DNA from: an uncultured delta proteobacterium
GTDB taxonomy: Bacteria; Desulfobacterota; Binatia; UBA9968
DNA length: 64,000 nucleotides
Assembly (NCBI GenBank): GCA_963816145.1
Contig: CAWFJP010000030.1
Span: 416,001 to 480,000 of the forward strand
Direction of reading: 5' to 3'
The position numbers were made by a program, and so were the translations under genes. Below are positions 52,385 to 62,582 of this stretch, piece by piece. Below the pieces are notes generated by a model, which was not told where the DNA came from, searched no databases, and was given only the letters and a program-made list of their open reading frames with translations. Position 1 is the stretch's first letter, and every line of letters begins with the position of its first letter.

Positions 52385-52510
52385 AAAATTGTCTCGACTA
52401 TGGATCATCCATGAGAGCCGCCTGACCCATTTGAACCGTACCACCCGTTTCCGCGCCGCAAACCCCGCGCTCGAAAGGGTTGGTGTCATTTTGCGACAAC
52501 GAGCTCACTC

Positions 52511-54047
52511 GTGACGACTTTACGCTATCGAACCTTGCTGTTTGTGATTCTCGCCCTCACTGCGAGCGTTTTTCTGTTGCCGACCTTTGCGCAGACGCCG
52601 TCTTGGTGGCCGTGGCAGCAGGCGATTCGCCTCGGACTGGATTTGCGCGGCGGGACCCATTTGCTCTATGCAGTCGACATCGACCAAGCGATCGCCAACG
52701 GTGTCGAGCGTCAACGGCAGGATCTTGAAAGAGAGCTGCGCGACGCCCAGGTCGGGACGGTGACCGTCGACCGTGATCAGCTCTCGATCCGCGTGCGCTT
52801 CGGCAATCGCGACAAACGCACGCAGGTCACGGAGCTAATCCGGCGCCGCTTTCCAAATCTCCGCATCGCCGAGAACGCTAACTCGGAGGCTTCGGACTTG
52901 AGTTTAAGTCTAGAGCCGCGCGAGGTCACGCGCATGCGCGACAGCGTCGTTGAACAGGCGCTCAAAATCATTCGTAACCGCATCGATCAATTCGGCGTGG
53001 CTGAACCGACGATCCAGAAGCAGGGATCGAGCCAGATCGTTGTGCAGTTGCCGGGCATCCAGGATCCCCAACGCGCCAAGGAGCTGATCGGCCGCACGGC
53101 TCAACTCGAGTTCAAGCTAGTAGCCGTACAGCCGGGGCCTGGCGTGGAGTCACTGCCAGGTAAGGGCGACGCGGGAGGACGTGGCAACTTATCTTGTGGA
53201 AAGGCGCGCCCTGCTCACGGGAGACTCCATTGTCAACGCCTCGGTGCGACCGGGCGGTGGAATGGAGGGCATGGCGGTGGATTTTCAATTCGACGCTCGT
53301 GGCGCCCAAGTATTCGGCGACCTCACGAAAGCCAACATCGGCCGCCAGCTGGCGATTGTTCTGGACAACCAGGTCGAATCGGCGCCGGTGATCCGCGATG
53401 CCATCACCGGCGGGCGCGGCCAGATCACCGGCAACTTCGACGTCGCCGGAGCCCAAGATCTGGCCAACGCGCTGCGCCACGGCGCGCTTCCCGCGCCGCT
53501 CAAACTGATCGAGGAGCGCACGGTCGGCCCGTCTCTCGGCCGAGACTCTATCCAAAGCGGCATCGTTTCGTTTGTCGTCGGCAGCGCGCTCGTGTGGATC
53601 TTCATGGCGGTTTACTACCGTGGCGGCGGACTGATCACCGATCTAGGATTGCTCCTGAACGTACTGCTGCTGCTCGGCGCCTACGCGGCGTTTGGTTTTA
53701 CTTTGACGCTGCCCGGGATCGCCGGGGTTGTGCTGACCGTCGGTATGGCCGTGGACGCGAACATCCTCATCCTCGAGCGCATGCGCGAAGAACTGCGCCT
53801 GGGCAGATCCGCTCGCGCCGTCATCGAGGCGGGCTATGACCGCGCTTGGAGCGCTATCCTTGACAGTAACATCACACTGTTTCTCTCTGGCGTCATCATG
53901 TTCCAGTTCGGCACCGGCCCGGTGCGCGGCTTTGCCGTGACACTGTGTCTCGGCATCGTGACGACGCTGATAACTTCGGTGTTCGCAACCCGCGTCGTGT
54001 ACGACTGGCTCGTCAGTCGGAAGCGCCTCGCAACGTTAAGCGTATGA
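52511..54047 (+). CDS. secD: Protein translocase subunit SecD, frameshift near 53180
   Basis: LGLDLRGG, RNRIDQFGVAEP, GRTAQLEF, LAIVLD, VGPSLG, GMAVDANILILER and GPVRGFA. Confidence 0.92.
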
Positions 54048-55018
54048 AACCAAGTGGCAGCAAGACATCCGAGCGATCGAGCCAGGCCGCTCCAGCCGTC
54101 GAAGCAAAATTTTTTGCGTTGATTCCAGCCAACCCCGGAATCGATTTTGTGAAGCTATCGCCCCGAATGGCGATGCTTTCCTGTGCGCTGATTCTGCTTG
54201 GCTTTGTTTCGATGTTTCTACGCGGCGGACTTAACTATGGCATCGACTTCATGGGCGGGACGCTGCTCGATGTGCGCTTTTCCAAATCGACTTCCGTGGC
54301 CGACGTCCGCGCAGCTCTCGACCGCTCCGAACTGCGCTCGGTGAGCGTGCAAGAGGTCGGCGCCGGCGGCAATCAGTTTCAGATCAACGGCCGGTCAGCC
54401 GGCGATGAAACCGGCGCTGCGGTCGCCGCGCTCAAGACCGGCTTGAGCGCTCGCTTCGGCGCGGGCGCCTACGAAATCGTGCGGACGGAATCGGTCGGTC
54501 CGAAAGTTGGACAAGACCTATGGCGCGACGCGACATTGGCTGTGCTAGCTGCCACCGCCATCATGGGAATTTATATTGCCGCCCGCTTTGACTTCTCAGT
54601 CGGCGTCGGTGCGGCCGTCAAGCTCATCCACGACGTGCTGATCACACTCGGCGCGCTCTCGCTCGCCAATATGGAGTTCGATCTGACGGCGGTCGCTGCG
54701 CTGCTCACCGTCGTGGGTTTTTCGGTCAACGATAACGTCATCATCTCCGACCGCATTCGCGAGAGCCGGCGGAAAAATCGCCGAGAGCCTCTGCCCACGC
54801 TCATTAACCAATCGATCAACGAGACACTGTCCCGAACCGTGATCAACAGCGGCACCGTGGTGCTCTCAACGGGTGCCCTATTTTTGCTCGGCGGCCCGGT
54901 GATCCATAGCTTCGCATTCGCTCTCCTGGTGGGGTTCGTGGTCGGCACTTACTCGTCCATCTTTGTCTCGACGCCCATCGTGCTCTATCTCGAAGCGCGC
55001 AGGCGCCGGGTTAGATAA
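54044..55018 (+). CDS. secF: Protein translocase subunit SecF
   Basis: GIDFMGG, VGPKVG, HDV, GFSVNDNVIISDRIRE, TLSRT and GTYSSIF. ATGA overlap with secD. Confidence 0.92.
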   Translation: MKPSGSKTSERSSQAAPAVEAKFFALIPANPGIDFVKLSPRMAMLSCALILLGFVSMFLRGGLNYGIDFMGGTLLDVRFSKSTSVADVRAALDRSELRSVSVQEVGAGGNQFQINGRSAGDETGAAVAALKTGLSARFGAGAYEIVRTESVGPKVGQDLWRDATLAVLAATAIMGIYIAARFDFSVGVGAAVKLIHDVLITLGALSLANMEFDLTAVAALLTVVGFSVNDNVIISDRIRESRRKNRREPLPTLINQSINETLSRTVINSGTVVLSTGALFLLGGPVIHSFAFALLVGFVVGTYSSIFVSTPIVLYLEARRRRVR

Positions 55019-55091
55019 ATGATGATCCACCGCGGAGCGACTTCGCAGCAATTTTCAATCGCAGCAGATGAGCACCGAGAGGAGGATGCCA

Positions 55092-55748
55092 ATGACAGTA
55101 TCGGAAACTCGCATCCTGGTCGCCGATGACCAACGCAATGTCCGCGGTAATTTGAAAATGATCCTTGAAGCCGCCGGGTATCGCGTGGATGCAACCGGCG
55201 ATAGCGAGGAAGTTCTCGCCAGATGTCATGGGCGCCATTACGACATTGCATTCGTCGACATCAATATGAGCAAAATCGACGGCCTTGAGTTGATTCGATA
55301 CATTCGGACTTTGAGCGAAAACACCACGGTGGTCACACTGAGCCAGTATGGACTCGTAACCAAAGTGGTCGAAGCCATGAAGCTCGGCGCCGTAGACTTC
55401 GTCGAAAAACCGATCGATCCGAGAAAAACCCAGCTACTTTGCGATGAGATACTCCGGAGGCGGCAGTTGGCGAAGAATAACACCGTGAACGAACTTCTCC
55501 ACCGTGCTGACCTAGCGCTGGAACAGAACGCTCTCGTGGATGCACGCGTCTACCTCAAAATGGCGATGCTCCGCGATCAATACCGCGCCGAGCCCTACTA
55601 CTGGATGAGCGAACTGTGCGAATCCCAGGGCGATATTCGCGAAGCGTTGTACTATTACTGCAGAGCGATCGATGCCGGCCCGACCTTCCAACCCACACAC
55701 AAAGCCTTCGGTCGCTTAAAGCAACTGGCGACCGGGACTAGTGGTTAA
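55092..55748 (+). CDS. Response regulator with C-terminal TPR output (paralog 3)
   Basis: ILVADDQ, VDINM, EKPID and AEPYYWM motifs. GGAGG RBS. Confidence 0.85.
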   Translation: MTVSETRILVADDQRNVRGNLKMILEAAGYRVDATGDSEEVLARCHGRHYDIAFVDINMSKIDGLELIRYIRTLSENTTVVTLSQYGLVTKVVEAMKLGAVDFVEKPIDPRKTQLLCDEILRRRQLAKNNTVNELLHRADLALEQNALVDARVYLKMAMLRDQYRAEPYYWMSELCESQGDIREALYYYCRAIDAGPTFQPTHKAFGRLKQLATGTSG

Positions 55749-55894
55749 GAGTCTCGGCCGGCGGGCGTTCGCTCGTTGCGAAAACGGCCAGAAACAGCAG
55801 GCCGCACAGGCTCACAGATGCACGCGATCGATGCAGAGAAGTTGACGGCGTTACATGTCCGACTCGCCAAATCCCTCAGATCCTCACCAAGCTC

Positions 55895-56614
55895 TTGATC
55901 GCTGCGCATGGCGCGGCAGTGCCAACCCTGTTGATCGCGACGCTGCGCGACCAACTTCGACCCGCGCTGCTCAGCCTACTATCGCTTACACTCTTGACCG
56001 GTGTGCTGTTCCCCTTGACCCTCTTCGTTATTGCGCGGCTGATGTTCCCGACGCAAGCCAAAGGTAGTCTGGTAACGCGAAATGGTGTCATCATCGGCTC
56101 CGAGCTGATCGGACAGAATTTTAGCTCACCAGCGTACTTCCACCCGCGACCGTCGGCCGCCGGCGCCGGATACGACGCGGCTGCTTCAGGCGGCACGAAT
56201 CTCGGCCCGTCCAACCCCAAACTCATAGACGGCGCAGCCGATGACCCAAAAACGGCTGAGGCTGACGAGTCCTTTGCCGGGATTCGGCAGCTGACGGAAG
56301 AATACCGAAAGCATAATGGATTGGGGCCGGAAGTCGCAGTTCCCATCGATGCCGTGACGCGTTCCGGCAGCGGGCTCGACCCGCATATCAGTCCCGCCAA
56401 CGCGGCGCTGCAGATCGCACGCATTGCCCGAACCCGCGGACTGAGCAATGACCTCCTGCGCAGCCTGGTCGCCAGACACACGCGGGGCCGGCAATTCGGA
56501 ATTTTGGGCGAGCCGAGGGTGGCGGTTTTGCCACTGAATCTAGAGCTCGATCGAACCGCGCCTGCGCTGAACCCGGCTTCACCGCAGGGCTCTTCGCGAT
56601 CGGAGTCGCAATAA
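55895..56614 (+). CDS. kdpC: Second KdpC (start uncertain)
   Basis: QAKGSLV, GSELIGQ, YFHPRPSAAG, SGGTNLGP, TRSGSGLDPHIS and GEPRV. Confidence 0.9.
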   Translation: MIAAHGAAVPTLLIATLRDQLRPALLSLLSLTLLTGVLFPLTLFVIARLMFPTQAKGSLVTRNGVIIGSELIGQNFSSPAYFHPRPSAAGAGYDAAASGGTNLGPSNPKLIDGAADDPKTAEADESFAGIRQLTEEYRKHNGLGPEVAVPIDAVTRSGSGLDPHISPANAALQIARIARTRGLSNDLLRSLVARHTRGRQFGILGEPRVAVLPLNLELDRTAPALNPASPQGSSRSESQ

Positions 56615-58305
56615 TGCGCTGGCTCGAATACACAATTTTTCTCGCTCTCGTCGTCGGGTTGGTTAAACCGGTCGGCCTGTATCTCGCCCGGGTCTTCGAG
56701 CGCAAGCCCACTTTCCTCGATCAGGTTTTGTGCCCCATGGAGAGGATGTTTTATCGCGTTTTTCGAATCGACCCCGAACACGAAATGTCGGCGCCGGTTT
56801 ATCTAGTTTGCTTTATTTTATTTACGGTCCTGGGAACGGTGCTGTTGTTCGCCGTGCTGCTGCTTCAAGCGTGGCTGCCGGGCGGACCGCACGAGCGTTA
56901 CCTCACCACGCCGATGACCGTGGACCTGGCGGTGAACACCGCCGTGAGCTTCGCGACCACGACCACCTGGCAGGCCTATGGCGGCGAGACGACGCTGCGC
57001 TACTTGGCGCAGTTATGTGGTTTGGCAGCGCAGAATTTTCTCGCCGGCGCCGCTGGACTGGCGGTCGGCATCGCTTTTATTCGTGGTTTCGCCCGCGATC
57101 GATCGGCCACCATCGGCAATTTCTGGTTTGACCTCGTGCGCGCGACGTTGTGGGTGCTCCTGCCGCTTTCGCTGATCGGCAGTTTTGCGCTTGGTCTGGC
57201 AGGGAGTGCCGTTGAATCTTGCGCCCTACACCGAGGCGCATACTTTGGAAGGCCAGCTCCAATCGATCGCCCAGGGACCGGTCGCCGCGCTGGAGTTTAT
57301 CAAAAACCTGGGGACCAACGGCGGCGGCTTTTTCAACGCCAACGGCGCGCACCCGTACGCGAACCCGACACCGTTGACGAACCTTTTAGCGCTCCTGGCG
57401 ATCGCCGTATTGCCGGCCTCGTTGACGTTCACGTTCGGAGTCTGGACCCGTCGGCGCCGCTCCGGATGGCTGCTGTTAAGTGTCATGGTCGTGATCTTCA
57501 CCCTGGGTTTGGCGCTGTGCGACTTCGCCGAGAAGTCAGTTCCGTCACAGCTTAACGGAGCTGAACGTTTCGGGCGGAAACATGGAAGGGAAAGGAGTTG
57601 CGATTCGGCGTCGGCGGGTCGGTGCTGGCAACGCTGGTGACATCGAACGGCGCGACCGGCGCTTACAACTCGATGATCGACTCGTACAAACCCGTCGGCG
57701 TTGTCGTGCCATTGATGAACATGCTCTTGGGCGAGGTCGTTTTCGGCGGTTTGGGAACCGGTTTGCAGAGCATGGTGATGCTCGCTTTGGTCGGCGTCCT
57801 GCTCGGCGGGCTCATGGTTGGTCGAACACCGGAATATTTGGGCAAAGCGATTACCCCTCCGGAAGCGAAACTGCTCGCGTTGTACGCGCTGGCAACTCCG
57901 TTCACGGTCTTAACTCTCTCCAGTTGGGCTCTCAGCACCGAAATGGGCCGTGCGGGCCTTGTCACCAATACCGGGCCGCACGCTCTGAGCGAAATTGTCT
58001 TCGCCTATGCCTCCAACATGGCCAACAACGGCATGACCATGGCGAGCCTCAATGCGAACAGCGTTTTTTACAATGTGACCACCATCTTGGCGATGTTGGC
58101 CGGACGCTTCTGGCTCGTCGCTTTGGCCCTAGCACTAGCCGGCCGTTTCGCGGCGCAAGGTCGTCGGCCGATATCGCTCGGCAGCCTGCCCAGCGACACG
58201 ATGACTTTTGGCGTGTTGGTTCTCGGCACGGTGCTGCTCGTCGGCGCGCTGTCTTTTCTGCCCGCTTTAGCGCTGGGGCCGATCATGGAGTTTTTGCAGT
58301 CGTGA
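56614..58305 (+). CDS. kdpA: Second, divergent KdpA, frameshifts near 57190 and 57570-57600
   Basis: SFATTTTWQAYGGE, GTNGGGFF, GLMVGRTPEYLGK, ANNG and FLPALALGP. Confidence 0.88.
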
Positions 58306-58442
58306 GCGGAGCTTCATCCGACAATGCAGCCGGCGAGGAATCTTAAAATGAAAACAACCGAGCTGATAATGAAATCACCAGAGAATAAGGCCAAAGACTA
58401 TAGCTTCGGACCAGCGGCGAATATCGAGAAAGCTGGAACAAG

Positions 58443-59795
58443 GTGACCATCAGTAACCAAGAATCCACGGGAGGAACACAAAGGCAGACCGACCCTTCCG
58501 CACACACTCACGGGGCGAATATACGTGGGTTATTGAGGCGAATTCATACCTTTGATTCCCTCAGCATCCGCGACTATCGACTCCTTTGGCTCGGGCAAAT
58601 GGACACCAGCATGGGCCAATGGATGGACAGCATCACCCGCGGCTATCTCATTTACCATATCACCAGCTCACCGCTGCAATTGGGCCTTGCCGCCGCGATG
58701 CGCGGCATTCCGCTCTTTCTTTTCGGTATCCTTGCGGGCGCGGTGGCGGACCGCTCCAGTCGTAAAGCGCAACTCATCGTTGCCCAAGTCACCAACGCGG
58801 CTCTCAACATCATCTTGGCAACGCTCGTGCTTACGAATCGTGTCCAGCCCTGGCATGTTTACGTGACGGGCTTCTTAGTCGGCACGGTGCAGGCCTTTCA
58901 AAATCCCGCGCGCCAAACTCTCGTGAGTGATGTCGCCGGTCCTAAACATCTGCTGAACGCCCTGGCGCTCAACTCCATGGCGCTCAACAGCTCGCGTGCT
59001 ATCGGGCCAGCCTTGGCAGGTTTGCTCATTGCCACCGTCGGAGTGCATGGCTCCTACTACGTTCAGGCGTTCATGTTCGCGCTCGCAACTCTCTGGACCA
59101 TTCAAATGCGTATTCCCGAGCGCAGCGCCGAGTCAGGACGCGTTGCGACGGAATCGCTTTATCAAAGCATCAAAGCGGGTTTTGTCTATGTGAGGGCAAA
59201 CGGCAACATTCGCACGCAGTTGATCCTGGCGCTCGGTCCGCTTACTCTCGGCATGCCCTTTACCAACATGATGCCGATCTTCGCGAAAGATGTTCTCCAT
59301 GGCGGCCCCCAACTTCAAGGATTCTTACTGAGCGCCTTTGGCATTGGCTCATTGATGGGCGCTGTAGTGGTGGCTTCCATCCCGCGCCGCAATGCCTACG
59401 CTCTGCCGGCGGTCATCGGCGCTGTGGTTTTCAGTATCTCGGTTTTCTTCTTTGGCTTGTCGCATTGGGTTTGGTTGTCCTTAACGTGCGCTTTCATGAG
59501 CGGCGTTTTTATGACGACTTACCAGACCCAGGACCAGGCGTTGCTACAGCTAAGTGCGCCGCGACATATCCGCGGCCGCGTGATGAGCTTTTATTTACTT
59601 AGCCGCGCAACCGTGCCGATCGGCACGATGTTCGCCGGCGCCCTTGCTCATTACTTCGGCGGCCCCGCCGCCGTTCAAATGATGAGCCTGAGTGCGCTCG
59701 GCTTGGTAGTGCTGGTCATCAGCACCCACTCTGGGTTCCTCCGTCTAAAAGTCGATCTTGAAGAACACGCCGACGCGCCGGTCGTTGGCGATTGA
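58443..59795 (+). CDS. MFS transporter (MFS_3/EntS-like)
   Basis: DYRLLWLGQ, AGAVADR, PARQ, SRAIGPALAG and RGRVMS motifs. Confidence 0.88.
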   Translation: MTISNQESTGGTQRQTDPSAHTHGANIRGLLRRIHTFDSLSIRDYRLLWLGQMDTSMGQWMDSITRGYLIYHITSSPLQLGLAAAMRGIPLFLFGILAGAVADRSSRKAQLIVAQVTNAALNIILATLVLTNRVQPWHVYVTGFLVGTVQAFQNPARQTLVSDVAGPKHLLNALALNSMALNSSRAIGPALAGLLIATVGVHGSYYVQAFMFALATLWTIQMRIPERSAESGRVATESLYQSIKAGFVYVRANGNIRTQLILALGPLTLGMPFTNMMPIFAKDVLHGGPQLQGFLLSAFGIGSLMGAVVVASIPRRNAYALPAVIGAVVFSISVFFFGLSHWVWLSLTCAFMSGVFMTTYQTQDQALLQLSAPRHIRGRVMSFYLLSRATVPIGTMFAGALAHYFGGPAAVQMMSLSALGLVVLVISTHSGFLRLKVDLEEHADAPVVGD

Positions 59796-59846
59796 AAAGT
59801 CGACAACGGCGCGAGAATAAAAACTTTCCACGAGGTCTAGAGCATC

Positions 59847-60071
59847 ATGGATCGACTTACGCTTTTTGGTCTATTTGCGGTTACCGCGATGGTGATTTGC
59901 TATGCACTTGAAGATCGTAGCCGATGGTTTGCCTTGGGCTTCGCGGTCTCCTGCGCCCTAGGATCAATATATGGATTTCTTCAAGGCGCATGGCCGTTTG
60001 GGTTGGTAGAAGGTATTTGGTGCCTCGTCGCGCTCCGACGATGGTGGACCAGAGCAGCAATTTCAAAATGA
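59847..60071 (+). CDS. Small 3-TM membrane protein (copy 2)
   Basis: MDRLTLFGLFAVTAMVICYALEDRSRWF...YGFLQGAWPFGLVEGIW, paralog of 41327-41576. Confidence 0.8.
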   Translation: MDRLTLFGLFAVTAMVICYALEDRSRWFALGFAVSCALGSIYGFLQGAWPFGLVEGIWCLVALRRWWTRAAISK

Positions 60072-60129
60072 ATCACTACCGGTTCTCCCGTCAAACTGGC
60101 CGTGGTAAAACAGACTCACCACACCCACG

Positions 60130-60342
60130 TTGGAGGAACCAAAGAAAGCGTCCGAGCTGTTCTTTAAGTGTCTTGAGAACGAAGGGGTCGAATACATTTT
60201 CGGCGTACCGGGTGAGGAAAATGTCGATATCATGGACGCGCTGTTGGAAAGTCCTATCAAATTCATCACCACGCGGCATGAGCAAGGCGCCGCTTTTATG
60301 GCTGACGTCTACGGCCGTCTCATCGGGAAAGCGGGGGTTTAG
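60130..60342 (+). pseudogene. N-terminal fragment of a ThDP-dependent acetolactate synthase large subunit
   Basis: CLENEGVEYIFGVPGEEN and TRHEQGAAFMADVYGRL. Truncated after about 70 aa where it meets the stop of the opposing gene. Confidence 0.8.
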
Positions 60343-62351
60343 ACCGCTGGTTGCGCGGAAGCGTTACGTTGGGTAGTTACCCGGATCGGTAATATCATCA
60401 TGTCCCGGCCGGCGAACTGAAGTTTCTGCTGCAAGGTATAGGGGGTGTGGTTATGCAGTAGCCGGGTAAACACAGTCTCCTCCTCGAAAACCAGCTTGCC
60501 GCTGAAGAAAACCGTGCGCGGGAATTCTTTGGCAACCGAGTTACAGGTCTGCTCGAGCTCGTCGATCAGATCGACGCCGAGCTCGTAGCGATACTCCGCG
60601 TACCACCCCAAACAGGTCGCGAAGTCGACGAAACTTTTGAGGTCCTCTTCCTTTTTTCGCTTTAGACTTTCAATTTCCGCGTGGCCTTTGAACTGGCCGG
60701 CGTCGATCACACCCACCGAAATAAATACGATATTCTTATAGTGATTCGGGAACAACCGTTGGATGTTCAGCAACGTGTGCACCGCAACGCCGTCGAACTC
60801 GCGCACGATAATCGCCGCGGTCGGCGCTTGCACATTCTTCACGGGTGTCGGGGCTTTCAAATCAGGCTGGAAGGGAATCCCCAAAAGCGTGTCATCGAGG
60901 GTCTTAAGAGCGCGCTGAACCTTCTCGTAATGCCAATGCACCGCCTGGCAAACCAACACAAAAGCCAGGGTCACGACGATGGTCAGCCAACCGCCTTCGA
61001 GAAACTTCGTCGCCACCGTGACGCAAAGAATCGTGCCGGTGGAAAGCAACCCTAGCCCGTTGATCGCAAGTTTCATGCGCCACGGCTCCGGGCTCCGTCT
61101 CACTTGCCACCAATGCCGGCACATGCCCAACTGCGACAGAGTAAAGGTCAAGAACACGTTGATGCTGTACATGACGACCAATAGTTTCACCTCGCCGTGG
61201 GTGTACGCCAAAAAACCCAGGGCCGCGATGCCCATAAACCAGACGCCGTTGCGCGTCACCAGCTGATCGCTCAAGTGGGACAAGCGATGCGGCGCCCAGG
61301 AATCCAGTGACATGTTCGATAGCACCCGCGGCCCATCGAGAAAGCCCGCCTGGGCAGCGACGATCAATAGCGCCGCTTCGGTGATCAGCGTGACGATCAC
61401 CAAGCTCGCCGTGGTCGTTGAATCGCCGCCAAAAAAACCTCCGTAGATATTGCCGAACAGACTCGCGTTGAGGGTTTTCCCCGGCTCGTGCATCACGCGG
61501 TTGAGCAAGTAACAGAGCAGGATGCCGCCGGCGGTAAACGCCAGTGACGTCGCCATGTAAAGCATGGTCTTCTTGCCGGTAAGTACGCGAGGTTCGCGCA
61601 AGATCTGCAGGCCGTTGCTGACCGCCTCGATGCCCGTATAGGTACCGCCGCCCAGGCTGTAGGCGTGCAGCAGTATTCCCAGCGTGGCGAGCAGGCCGAT
61701 CCCTTGAACATCGCGGTTAACTTCTTGATACGTGTTCGCCACCAGTGCCGGCATATCGGCGGTATGCGGCACGATACCCAGCGTGATCACGATAATATGC
61801 ATGACGATGAAGAGTAAGAAGATCGGCAACATGACGAGCACCGATTCCCTTACCCCGCGCAGATTGAGAAAAATCAACGCGAAGATCAGCAATATTTCAA
61901 CGGCAAACTTGTAACTCGCCAGCGGCGCCGGCAGAAAACTGAACATTGCGTCGGCGCTGCTGGCGATCGAAATGGTGATCGTCAGCATATAGTCGACCAC
62001 CAGCGCCGACCCCGACACCAGGCCCGCCCGCGAGCCGAGCAGCTTGGTGGCCACCAGATAGCCGCCGCCCCCGGTCGGGAACAGCTCAATGATCTGCGAA
62101 TAGCTGGCGGAAATGATGAACACCGTCACCGCCGTGAGAATCGCCAGCAACAGAGCCAGATGTAAATGCTGCCCCAGCGCCAGATAAGCTTCCTCCGGAC
62201 CATAGGCCGAAGAGCTCAAGCCGTCGGCGCCCAGTCCAACCCAAGCTAGGAAAGCGACTAAGGAGATTTGATGAAAGACTTTTGGATCGAGCGGATCCTT
62301 GGCTTTTCCAAGCAGCAATTCTGTTAACGATTTTTTGTTCGGGAGTTCCAT
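60339..62351 (-). CDS. KimA/YdaO-like APC-superfamily K+/H+ symporter
   Basis: GADGLSSSAYGPEE, GGGGY, LVVDYMLT, TGIEAVSNG, MYSINVF and KFLEGGW, plus a cytosolic C-terminal domain. Confidence 0.82.
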   Translation of the reverse strand: MELPNKKSLTELLLGKAKDPLDPKVFHQISLVAFLAWVGLGADGLSSSAYGPEEAYLALGQHLHLALLLAILTAVTVFIISASYSQIIELFPTGGGGYLVATKLLGSRAGLVSGSALVVDYMLTITISIASSADAMFSFLPAPLASYKFAVEILLIFALIFLNLRGVRESVLVMLPIFLLFIVMHIIVITLGIVPHTADMPALVANTYQEVNRDVQGIGLLATLGILLHAYSLGGGTYTGIEAVSNGLQILREPRVLTGKKTMLYMATSLAFTAGGILLCYLLNRVMHEPGKTLNASLFGNIYGGFFGGDSTTTASLVIVTLITEAALLIVAAQAGFLDGPRVLSNMSLDSWAPHRLSHLSDQLVTRNGVWFMGIAALGFLAYTHGEVKLLVVMYSINVFLTFTLSQLGMCRHWWQVRRSPEPWRMKLAINGLGLLSTGTILCVTVATKFLEGGWLTIVVTLAFVLVCQAVHWHYEKVQRALKTLDDTLLGIPFQPDLKAPTPVKNVQAPTAAIIVREFDGVAVHTLLNIQRLFPNHYKNIVFISVGVIDAGQFKGHAEIESLKRKKEEDLKSFVDFATCLGWYAEYRYELGVDLIDELEQTCNSVAKEFPRTVFFSGKLVFEEETVFTRLLHNHTPYTLQQKLQFAGRDMMILPIRVTTQRNASAQPAV

Positions 62352-62582
62352 CGTTTTTACTAAAGATCCTTTTTGCCAATCATCTCGTCATCGTCCTGTC
62401 GCCTGGCCACTATGGCAAACGGGGCAGGATCTCAGAAGTTGCCGCAATAATTTCCTTTAGGCCGAACAGAAGAATGACTTTCAAATATCGGCGCCACAGA
62501 TGCAAACGAAGGCGTATACCCGACCGGGTTTGTTGCACTCGGTGACGCTCACGACAGTGGAGAATTCATGAGTCATCCGGTG

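Noticed and set aside
62352-62582. c-di-AMP (ydaO) riboswitch upstream of the KimA-like gene
   Set aside because: No recognisable conserved ydaO segments by eye. A covariance-model search is needed to exclude it fully.
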